Origin: Patescibacteria group bacterium
GTDB taxonomy: Bacteria > Patescibacteriota > JACPGU01
Direction: 5' to 3'
Length of the DNA: 64,000 nucleotides
Assembly (NCBI GenBank): GCA_041675145.1
Contig: JBAYUK010000002.1
Location: forward strand, 88,530-152,529
Position numbers and translations under genes: made by a program. Within the stretch, counting starts at the first letter, position 1. Each line of letters begins with the position of its first letter. The notes under the pieces are model-generated. The model had not been told where the DNA came from, searched no databases, and saw only the letters and a program-made list of their open reading frames with translations. Positions 1-8,235 of the stretch are shown piece after piece.

Positions 1-2
1 AA

Positions 3-2498
3 GACCCTGGAGTTTCTTCTACTGAGACACTAACTCAAAGCGATAAAGAAGAAGGTATATGTAAAGAGGATGAAAAGCTAGGAGGCTTATCGTTATTCTT
101 CGGTCAAGGCGGGGTTTTCACTAATATAACTTGTTGGTTCTTATATCGTATTTTAGGGCTCAAAGATATTCTTATTGGGTGGCTAAAGCCCGAAGTAGTT
201 AAGGAGGTCTTTATAATAAAAGATGTTACTGCTGGTGGTAATGGAGTTTTGGATATTTGGAACGCCATTCGTACTATAATAAATGTTCTTTTTATTGTTG
301 CTTTTCTACTTATTGCTCTACTAAATGTACTAAGAGTCGATCTCAAGACATGGCAATTTCAAAGAATGATACCACAGTTAATATTTGCAATAATCTTAGT
401 CAACTTTAGCTTGGCTATATTTAACTTTGTTATTCTTGTATCCAACACTCTCGTCAATTATTTTTTCAGTATTCCAAAAGGACTAGATGAGCTTTTAGCT
501 ACAGGGGATAACACTGCACTAAGTGATATCTCTGGTAGTACTGTTTTTGGTGCCTTTGTTAAAACGATAACCGCGATTGTATTTGCAGGAATATTGCTAT
601 ACATGTATATCCTTATGTGGGTTCGTGTGATTGTTATTAATGTATTCTTCGGTCTTGCAGCTTTACCTTATGTAGCCAGAATTCTTCCATTCAAACAAAT
701 ACAAGAGAATGTAGGAAAGGTATGGTCTATGTTTGTAAACTGGGCATTAATGGCTCCGGTTGCTGCCATGTTCTTGTATATTGCAGGGTATGCTATTAGT
801 ACTCTTGGTAGTGCGCTTATACCTGAATCTGCTACAGGTGGAGCTATCGGCGGTACGGCTACTACAGGAGTAGGACAGTCTGTGTTGTTGCAGTCTGCAA
901 TGGCAATCACTCTTATGTATGTAGCAGCCACCCAACCACTCAAACTCGGTGGTGCAATTATGTCTCAGGCTCAAGGTATTTTGTCTGGAAAACAAGGAAT
1001 TCCAGGTACTAAGTTCAACCCAGTCAAAGCTATTAAAGAAAAGACTGGCGAGGTTGGTGCCGGTGTGAAATCTAAGTTTGCAGAGAGAACTGCAAAACTC
1101 GCCAATATGAAAGATGAAGACATAAAAGGTGGTTTTTTCACTCAGAGTTATTTAAAAGCTGCTCGCTTTGGATCTAAGGGTTCTCTAGGAGCAAAAAGAG
1201 CTGCTGGTGCTCCAGGAGAATTTAAAAAGAGTGCAGAAAAAGCTGCAGCGAACGCTAAAAAAGAATATGAGAAAAAGAGAAAGAAAGCTGGTTGGGAAAA
1301 TAAGCTACAACAGCCTTTTTGGGAGGATGATTTGAATGCAGAAAAAGACAAGATAAAATCGATTGATGCTGACTATTTAATGGATCAAGTAGAAAATGAG
1401 TTACTAGAAGAGGATGCGGCAAATCCTGGTCAAAAGAAAGCAAAGGCTCCGGATAAGATAAATAAGAAGAAGGTCGCCGCACTTATGGCGAAGATTCAAG
1501 ATGTAAACAACGGTGTTCACGGAGTAGATGCACAGAGAAGAGGTCGTGAGGTTATGGCAGATTTATCTAAACTTACTGGTGATAAATTCGCATCAAATAC
1601 TAAAACTGACGAACTAGCGAAAATGGATGGAATAATAATGGGAGGTGATAATACGAAGAGCCTTCTAGCGAGTCAGTTTCTTAATCGTTCTCGTATAGGA
1701 TTATATGGAGATACGGCAGGGGCTGGATCGGGAGCTGACCAGTTGCGCAACGATATGAACAGAATGACTATGACCGACATAGGAGGTCTACCTATATTCT
1801 CCGTTCAAGGAGCTGGACTAAGTAATATCTCTAAGATTATGGAGGAATTCGAAAACGAGAAGATAGCACAAGCAGATCAGATCATAAACCAGTTACAGAG
1901 TAAGCTAGGTGGATCGATGAGAGCAGAAGTAATGGAAGAGATTGGTAAAGGGGTTAAGAACGGAAATAGAGATAAAGTACTAAGAGACTTAAAGTCAGAT
2001 ACTTCTATTACATCAAAGTTTTCAGATAGCGAGATAGACAATATGGTAGATGGCGTATTTGGTCATGCAGATTTCGCCGACTCAACAAGAAGGTATCAAA
2101 ATATTGAAGCCTTGAATTCTAGAAGAACTCACTATGTCGAAGGTAATCAAGCGCGTAGATTCGAGAATTATGTTAATAAGTCTGGTTTTACAGAAGAACA
2201 GATTACTAACCGTATGAGTAACGAAACTAACAGGATCAATGATTTAATAAAAACCGGTGATGTTGCTGGAGCTACTAAGTTAGCACAAGAATTCTATAAG
2301 CCAGAGTTTTCGGGAAGAAATAATGTAACTCAAGAAGAACTCGAGAAGCACCTAGAGGCGACCAATAGAATCTTGGACTTACGAAGAAAGATGGCGTATG
2401 CCGGAAATGATAATAATTTAAAGAGAGAAAAACAACAGGCAGCAGCGGAGTGGAAGCGTATTAAGGGTCCAAAACCTCAAGGTAAAGCAGGAGCGTAA
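3..2498 (+). CDS. VirB6/TrbL-like polytopic membrane protein of a type IV secretion-like system; 5'-partial. The reading frame is open from the window edge; the only in-window start candidate is a TTG at 249. It has N-terminal multi-TM helices followed by a ~500 aa Lys/Glu/Ala-rich hydrophilic tail.
   Basis: ORF track (249..2498) extended by hand. The same frame has no stop codon back to nt 3 and no in-frame ATG upstream of the TTG at 249. The upstream translation (…LGGLSLFFGQGGVFTNITCWFLYRILGLKDILIGW…) looks like membrane-protein sequence. The architecture (5-6 hydrophobic helices plus a long charged tail) and the position immediately upstream of a VirB4 ATPase fit TrbL/VirB6. Confidence 0.5.
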   Translation, partial: DPGVSSTETLTQSDKEEGICKEDEKLGGLSLFFGQGGVFTNITCWFLYRILGLKDILIGWLKPEVVKEVFIIKDVTAGGNGVLDIWNAIRTIINVLFIVAFLLIALLNVLRVDLKTWQFQRMIPQLIFAIILVNFSLAIFNFVILVSNTLVNYFFSIPKGLDELLATGDNTALSDISGSTVFGAFVKTITAIVFAGILLYMYILMWVRVIVINVFFGLAALPYVARILPFKQIQENVGKVWSMFVNWALMAPVAAMFLYIAGYAISTLGSALIPESATGGAIGGTATTGVGQSVLLQSAMAITLMYVAATQPLKLGGAIMSQAQGILSGKQGIPGTKFNPVKAIKEKTGEVGAGVKSKFAERTAKLANMKDEDIKGGFFTQSYLKAARFGSKGSLGAKRAAGAPGEFKKSAEKAAANAKKEYEKKRKKAGWENKLQQPFWEDDLNAEKDKIKSIDADYLMDQVENELLEEDAANPGQKKAKAPDKINKKKVAALMAKIQDVNNGVHGVDAQRRGREVMADLSKLTGDKFASNTKTDELAKMDGIIMGGDNTKSLLASQFLNRSRIGLYGDTAGAGSGADQLRNDMNRMTMTDIGGLPIFSVQGAGLSNISKIMEEFENEKIAQADQIINQLQSKLGGSMRAEVMEEIGKGVKNGNRDKVLRDLKSDTSITSKFSDSEIDNMVDGVFGHADFADSTRRYQNIEALNSRRTHYVEGNQARRFENYVNKSGFTEEQITNRMSNETNRINDLIKTGDVAGATKLAQEFYKPEFSGRNNVTQEELEKHLEATNRILDLRRKMAYAGNDNNLKREKQQAAAEWKRIKGPKPQGKAGA

Positions 2499-2503
2499 TA
2501 TAG

Positions 2504-3142
2504 ATGCCAGACCAATATAAAATCCCACAAAATATAGATATAGAAGACAAGATACTCGGACCCTTTACGCTCCGACAGTTTCTCTATATGATAGGAGGAG
2601 GATCACTCCTTTACATTCTATTTTTGTCTTTTGGTCAAAGTAACTTTACTTTATTTGTTTTGATTGCGCTTCCAGTAGCACTACTTGTTTTTGCACTTGT
2701 TTTTATTCGAGTAAACGAACAGCCGTTTCTAGGATTTCTCCAATCGTTTATTATTTATTCTCTTGATCCTAAGATAAAGATTTGGAAGAAATCCACGCAT
2801 ATAAAAAGTATCATGGCACAAAGTGCGCAGGAAGCAACGCATGGTAGTCGTGCAATAGTGCGGCGCAGTAAAAAAGGTGCGCTCAAGTCTCGTCTCGCAC
2901 AGCTGACAACTATAATAGATACCCAGGGATACAAAACAGAAGCAGAAGACACAGATTTAGGAGATAGAATAGTTTCACCTTTTGATACAGAAACCACTCC
3001 TGACCAGTTAACAGTAGATGAATCGAATTTAGATGATGTATTTGGAGACTTAGAGCGTAGTATTGATCGTATTGCACCAGTAAAAGTAGAAGAAGAACGC
3101 GATGTAGCGCAGATGATCGGTAGTCTTCTTTCAAAAAAATAA
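2504..3142 (+). CDS. Small membrane protein (two predicted TM helices) in the T4SS-like cluster; possible VirB3-like/PrgI-like component.
   Basis: 212 aa with a hydrophobic hairpin (LLYILFLSF…LIALPVALLVFALVFI) near the N-terminus. It sits between the VirB6-like and VirB4 genes with an AGGAG RBS upstream. The functional assignment rests on context only. Confidence 0.4.
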   Translation: MPDQYKIPQNIDIEDKILGPFTLRQFLYMIGGGSLLYILFLSFGQSNFTLFVLIALPVALLVFALVFIRVNEQPFLGFLQSFIIYSLDPKIKIWKKSTHIKSIMAQSAQEATHGSRAIVRRSKKGALKSRLAQLTTIIDTQGYKTEAEDTDLGDRIVSPFDTETTPDQLTVDESNLDDVFGDLERSIDRIAPVKVEEERDVAQMIGSLLSKK

Positions 3143-3145
3143 ACA

Positions 3146-3871
3146 ATGGCAGACACAAACGAAAACAAAGAACAAAAATCAACCGTAGAGGCAGGTGCAG
3201 CACCCGCTTCAACCACACAGGGATTTCTCGATATAGATCAAATTCGAGAAGGTATTGTGATACTCAAGGATGGCGGTATGCGCATGGTCTTGTTGTGCTC
3301 TGCGGTGAACTTTGAGCTCAAGTCAGATATTGAACGGGACTCAGTCATCCTGGGGTATCAGAACTTCATCAACTCTCTAGACTTTCCAATTCAAATTCTA
3401 GTTCAATCAAGAAAGTTGGATTTATCTGGATACCTCTCTGACTTAGAGCGTCGTGGGCAGAAAGAAAGCAACGAACTACTTCAGACTCAAATTAACGACT
3501 ATGTACTCTATGTACGAGGCCTCATTGAGCTGGCTAATATTATGGAGAAGAGATTCTACGTAGTAGTGCCTCACTACCCAGCAGGATTCCAGAAAGTAGG
3601 ATTCTTAGCCCAGCTCTTTGGTAACCAAGCAACAGTGACGGTGAATAACTTTGAAGATGAGAAAAAGTCTCTGCGTCAAAAAGTACAGACAGTGGCCCAG
3701 GGATTGCAGGGTATAGGGCTGCGTGCTGCACAGCTGGATACTCAGGAACTAATTGAGTTATATTACTCGACATACAACCCAGACCAGGCAACCACACAAA
3801 AGTTAATAGACGTGACGCAACTTGAATCCGAGATTATTGCAAAATTACCAGAAGATATGGAAATAGGATAA
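3146..3871 (+). CDS. Hypothetical soluble protein co-transcribed with VirB4 (T4SS-associated).
   Basis: 241 aa ORF with no TM segments, tightly packed (4-nt gap to the upstream gene, 9-nt gap to VirB4). I recognise no family motif. Confidence 0.35.
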   Translation: MADTNENKEQKSTVEAGAAPASTTQGFLDIDQIREGIVILKDGGMRMVLLCSAVNFELKSDIERDSVILGYQNFINSLDFPIQILVQSRKLDLSGYLSDLERRGQKESNELLQTQINDYVLYVRGLIELANIMEKRFYVVVPHYPAGFQKVGFLAQLFGNQATVTVNNFEDEKKSLRQKVQTVAQGLQGIGLRAAQLDTQELIELYYSTYNPDQATTQKLIDVTQLESEIIAKLPEDMEIG

Positions 3872-3879
3872 ATCACCAC

Positions 3880-5952
3880 ATGGACAACCAAGAAACACAA
3901 AAAAAGATGGATAGTATTACGCCTCGACCAGCACAAACTCCGGTGCAGGCTATTCCAGTGGTAAGACCACAGGCTACGCCAGCTCCTACTCTAGTGCCAC
4001 AAGCGCAACCAGTACAAATGACAGCTCGAGCAGTACCACAGACAGCACCTATAGTAGCTCCAGTAGTAACACCTACTCCACTAAAGAAATCTGGTTTTTC
4101 TTTATTTGGTCCAAAGGTTTCTCCTGAACAGCAAGCTATTGCTCTTGCCGAAGAAAAAGCAAAAAAAGATCGCGAAACACGCGAGCTTGAAGCTAAGAAA
4201 ACATACGAGAAAGGACTCGCATCTATTCGTGATCTTATTGCACCATCTTCTGTACAGGTGCAGCCAAACTACTTGATGCTAAACGATCTCTATGTTCGTA
4301 CGCTTTTCATATTTAACTATCCTCGCTATATTTTTCCAAACTGGTTATCTCCGATCATTAATATTGATCAAACTATAGATATTGGTATCTTTATTTACCC
4401 AATCGACTCTCGGGGCTCTCTTGATGTACTGCGTAAGCGCTCAGGTCAAGTAGAGTCGGCTTTAAATATAGAGGCACAAAAAGGACTGGTGCGTAACCCA
4501 GAGCTTGAAACGGCTCTCGGAGATATTGAAGAGCTACGAGATAAACTCTCTCGAGGTGAAGAAAAGCTCTTCCACTCATGTTTGTATATAACACTGTATT
4601 CTAAAACACTCGATGACCTTGAGTTGCTTACCAAGAACGTTGAGTCTCAACTCGGTGGTAACTTAATTTATACCAAGAGAGCAAACTTCCAGACCAGCCA
4701 AGGGTTTCGCTCTACGCTTCCTCTCGCACAAGACTTATTGGATGTTCGTCGTAACTTCGATACCGGATCTCTTTCTACTACGTTCCCATTTACTTCAATG
4801 GACCTCACGAGTAATGAGGGAATTATGTATGGTATTAACCGACACAATAGAAGTCTTATTATCTTTGACCGATTTGAGAGCTTAGAGAACGCAAACGCAG
4901 TAGTGTTTGCGAAGTCTGGTGCTGGTAAGTCATATGCGGTAAAACTTGAAGCATTGCGCTATATGATGCTTGGAGTCGACGTTTTGATTATCGACCCAGA
5001 AAACGAGTACCAGAACTTGTGCAAAATTGTTGGCGGTAGTTATTTGAGCTTAAGTCTAAGTTCAGATCACCGCATTAACCCATTTGATATTCCACCACTT
5101 CCTGCTAACGCAAGTGCGGATATGGGAGAAGACAACTTGCGTAGTACTATCATCACTCTTAAAGGTTTAATGAATCTGTTCTTAGGTAAATTAACGCCTG
5201 AGGAAGACGGTATTATGGACCATGCCATTGCACAGACCTATACTAAAAAGGGAATTACGAACGACCCTACCACGCATACTAAAGAGCCGCCATTAATGGG
5301 AGATCTTCATAGTGTACTTTCTTCTATGGGTCCAGTCGCCGACTCACTTGCTAAAAGACTTGAAAAGTATGTTTCAGGTACTTTTTCTGGAATATTTAAC
5401 CAGCCAACTAATATCGACCTTAAAAAGGGATTTGTCGTATTTAATATTCGTGATCTTGAGTCTTCTCTTCGTCCTATTGCTATGTATATGGTACTCGACT
5501 ATATTTGGGCACGCATTCGTGCAGAGCGTCGTAAACGACTTCTCATAGTAGACGAGGCCTGGATCATGATGGAAAACGAAGATGCAGCTAAGTTTATTTA
5601 CTCAATTGCTAAGCGTGCTCGTAAGTACTACCTAGGGCTCACTACTATTACTCAGGACGTAGAAGACTTCTTGTCTTCGAAGTACGGTCGTGCAATCGTA
5701 ACAAACTCATCACTCCAGTTGCTTCTTAAGCAATCTCCAGCTTCAATTGAATCTATTGCAAAGACATTTAACCTTACCGCAGGTGAGCAATCACTACTAC
5801 TTGAATCTCGCGTAGGAGAGGGACTATTCTTCGCTGGCGCAAACCACGTTGCCATAAAGATTATTGCTTCAGAAACAGAAGACCAGATCGTGACTTCATC
5901 TCCAAAAGTCATCGCTGCCCGGGAAAAAGAGGAGCAGGAAGAAGCTGTATAA
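3880..5952 (+). CDS. virB4: VirB4/TrbE/PrgJ-family type IV secretion ATPase, with a ~110 aa Pro/Ala/Thr/Val-rich low-complexity N-terminal extension.
   Basis: Walker A 'VVFAKSGAGKSYAV' and Walker B 'RLLIVDEAWIMM' are present. The conserved Gram-positive VirB4 N-domain segment 'LYVRTLFIFNYPRYIFPNWLSPII' and the C-terminal 'LGLTTITQDVEDF' block are also present. Length is 690 aa. Confidence 0.8.
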   Translation: MDNQETQKKMDSITPRPAQTPVQAIPVVRPQATPAPTLVPQAQPVQMTARAVPQTAPIVAPVVTPTPLKKSGFSLFGPKVSPEQQAIALAEEKAKKDRETRELEAKKTYEKGLASIRDLIAPSSVQVQPNYLMLNDLYVRTLFIFNYPRYIFPNWLSPIINIDQTIDIGIFIYPIDSRGSLDVLRKRSGQVESALNIEAQKGLVRNPELETALGDIEELRDKLSRGEEKLFHSCLYITLYSKTLDDLELLTKNVESQLGGNLIYTKRANFQTSQGFRSTLPLAQDLLDVRRNFDTGSLSTTFPFTSMDLTSNEGIMYGINRHNRSLIIFDRFESLENANAVVFAKSGAGKSYAVKLEALRYMMLGVDVLIIDPENEYQNLCKIVGGSYLSLSLSSDHRINPFDIPPLPANASADMGEDNLRSTIITLKGLMNLFLGKLTPEEDGIMDHAIAQTYTKKGITNDPTTHTKEPPLMGDLHSVLSSMGPVADSLAKRLEKYVSGTFSGIFNQPTNIDLKKGFVVFNIRDLESSLRPIAMYMVLDYIWARIRAERRKRLLIVDEAWIMMENEDAAKFIYSIAKRARKYYLGLTTITQDVEDFLSSKYGRAIVTNSSLQLLLKQSPASIESIAKTFNLTAGEQSLLLESRVGEGLFFAGANHVAIKIIASETEDQIVTSSPKVIAAREKEEQEEAV

Positions 5953-6012
5953 ATATTTTAGACTTCCGATTCTTGATATGGTACTATATAGATATAGTAC
6001 TAATGAGCATGT

Positions 6013-6849
6013 ATGGCAGATCTAGAGCTTGTTGAATACCTTCGTCAGAACAAATCAAAATACTCTATCTCGGTTCTTACCCGTAGTCTTGTAGACCAAG
6101 GGGTTGAAGAAGAGGAGATTACTGAGGCACTATCAGTACTCGAACAAGAAGATCGAGAGCATGTTCGTGGTCTCATTCATGATGACGAAGGTGTGTCTAA
6201 TCACGAAGAAATTGTGGATGGTGGCGAGGTTGTTCGGAGTAGATTCGACTTCCTAGAGGATGCGAGAGCTAAGTCAGTCGTTACTAAACTAGATGGTATT
6301 TTAAAAGCTGCGCTTAAACTGATTGGTGTTAAGAAGCACGATGAGAACTCAGTTTCATCTGTTGTGTCTTATGGAGCTATTGCATTTGTTATGACAACGG
6401 TAATAGTGACCGTCTTTCAATACGGAGCAGCACAGTATGTATATCCACGAGTAGCAGAAGACGCAGGAGTTTTCGGCCGTCTTGCACTTCCTGATATATT
6501 TCTTTTATCTATTCACTTCGGTCCGTTAATTCTCTCTCTTCTGTGGGCACTTCTTCTAGGTGCGATCGGTACTTTTGTTTTTATTCGATACCTCATTCGT
6601 TTCTGGCCTTTTACGCTAGTCTCTGAGTTTACTTTAAAGCTTGGATTATTCTACGCACTTATCCATATTATCTTTGGAGTATTCTTCGGAGGACTCATTA
6701 TAAAGATTACTGGAGTGTACTTAGTAGGGTATCTGATCGTTACTATTGGTGCTCTTGGCGCCTCGTATGTAGCAGCGTTGTATTTTGTGAATTCATTACA
6801 ACAAAAACACCCACAAATCTTAAAAGACCTATTGTATAAAAAGTGGTAA
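6013..6849 (+). CDS. Membrane protein with an acidic N-terminal cytoplasmic domain and ~5 C-terminal TM helices; function unknown, possibly T4SS-associated.
   Basis: ORF track. The N-terminal 100 aa are Glu/Asp-rich and the C-terminal half is strongly hydrophobic. No motif recognised. Confidence 0.4.
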   Translation: MADLELVEYLRQNKSKYSISVLTRSLVDQGVEEEEITEALSVLEQEDREHVRGLIHDDEGVSNHEEIVDGGEVVRSRFDFLEDARAKSVVTKLDGILKAALKLIGVKKHDENSVSSVVSYGAIAFVMTTVIVTVFQYGAAQYVYPRVAEDAGVFGRLALPDIFLLSIHFGPLILSLLWALLLGAIGTFVFIRYLIRFWPFTLVSEFTLKLGLFYALIHIIFGVFFGGLIIKITGVYLVGYLIVTIGALGASYVAALYFVNSLQQKHPQILKDLLYKKW

Positions 6850-6881
6850 AAGCTTTTTAGCTAATTAAATAAGGAGTTTGT

Positions 6882-8234
6882 ATGGGTATTATCTCTTTAG
6901 TAAAAAACAAGGTTATACGGCCTCTGGTGCCCCGTTTTGTTTTCTCTTTGTACTACTTATCATGGGCAGCTGTCGCTGCTTTTTTGTATAGATTCCCGAG
7001 TCGTTCAATGGTGATAATAGGCGTGACAGGGACGAACGGAAAGACAAGTACGGTAAACGCTATTCACGCGGTACTACAAGACAACGGCATTCGTGCTGGC
7101 TTGATTTCTACCGCTAATTACAAGATAGGTGGTCGTGAATGGATAAACGAAACAAAGAACACCACGCTTGGCCGTTTTGGTTTACAGAAACGACTGCACG
7201 ATATGAAAAAGAGTGGATGTAAGGTGGTGGTGCTTGAAGTTTCATCAGAGGGTATAGTATCTCATCGCACTGTTGGGGTAGACTTTGATACGGTAATTTT
7301 CACGAACCTTACACCGGAGCATATAGAAGCTCACGGCTCTTTTGAAAAATATAAGGCAGCTAAGAAGAGTCTTTTTACTAACCTAAAAAAATCTCCTCGT
7401 AAAAAGATAGCAGGCATTGCTTCATCTGCACTGCGCAAGACTATAATCGCTAATATAGACGATGAACATGCGGAGGATTTTCTTAAGTCAGAAAGTGACG
7501 AGAAGTACGGTATTAGCATTACCAAGAAGAACTCGCTTTTTGCTTCTCAGGTAATGAGGGCAGAAGATATTGTCTCTTCTGATACGAGCTTGAGTGCAAC
7601 AATAATTGCAGACTCTGATGCATACAAAATACATTCTCCTCTGCTTGGTAAGATACAGATATATAATATTCTTGCTGGAGTGGCCGTTGCCCGTCTATTT
7701 GGGGTTTCCAGTGATGGGATAGAAAAGTCATATGCTCACTATAAAGGTGTAGCAGGTCGTATGGAACGAATTACCTCAAAGAAGGGGTTTGATGTAATCA
7801 TTGACTATGCAGTTACTCCCGAGGCACTTCAGACACTCTACAGTACTATTAGAGCTCTTTATTCTGGGAAGATTATTGCAGTATTTGGTTCATGTGGCGG
7901 TGGGCGTGATGTTGGTAAGCGTCGCCCCATGGGAAGAACCGTGAGTGGTTATGTGGACTACTCTATTCTAACCAACGAAGATCCGTATTTTGACGACCCG
8001 TATGACATAGTCCGTGATATTGAATTAGGCTTTATAGATAATGGAAAAGAAAAGAATAAGGACTACGAGATCCTGATAAATCGTGACCATGCTATTGAAA
8101 AAGCATTACTTATGGTTTCAGGTAAAGGTGATGTTGTGGTGGTTACAGGAAAGGGTTCTGAAACGGGGATGAATATCCAAGGGGAAGTAGTGCCATTCAA
8201 CGACCAAAAAACAGTACTCAAATATTTGAAATAG
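6882..8234 (+). CDS. Mur ligase family protein, MurE-like (UDP-N-acetylmuramoyl-tripeptide synthetase-like), lacking the usual N-terminal domain 1 and carrying an N-terminal TM helix instead.
   Basis: P-loop 'GVTGTNGKTST'. The block 'LEVSSEGIVSHRTVGVDFDTVIFTNLTPEHIEAHGSFEKYKAAK' aligns with the MurE central domain ('MEVSSHGLVQHR…FTNLSRDHLDYHG…YEAAK'). C-terminal 'TNEDPYFDDP' sits at the position of the MurE DNPR motif. Good AGGAG RBS. Confidence 0.65.
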   Translation: MGIISLVKNKVIRPLVPRFVFSLYYLSWAAVAAFLYRFPSRSMVIIGVTGTNGKTSTVNAIHAVLQDNGIRAGLISTANYKIGGREWINETKNTTLGRFGLQKRLHDMKKSGCKVVVLEVSSEGIVSHRTVGVDFDTVIFTNLTPEHIEAHGSFEKYKAAKKSLFTNLKKSPRKKIAGIASSALRKTIIANIDDEHAEDFLKSESDEKYGISITKKNSLFASQVMRAEDIVSSDTSLSATIIADSDAYKIHSPLLGKIQIYNILAGVAVARLFGVSSDGIEKSYAHYKGVAGRMERITSKKGFDVIIDYAVTPEALQTLYSTIRALYSGKIIAVFGSCGGGRDVGKRRPMGRTVSGYVDYSILTNEDPYFDDPYDIVRDIELGFIDNGKEKNKDYEILINRDHAIEKALLMVSGKGDVVVVTGKGSETGMNIQGEVVPFNDQKTVLKYLK

Positions 8235-8235
8235 T

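Noticed and set aside
104-346. 80-aa minus-strand ORF at the window start.
   Set aside because: It lies antisense to an open, membrane-protein-like plus-strand frame that continues into the VirB6-like gene. It has no RBS or motif and a composition typical of shadow ORFs.
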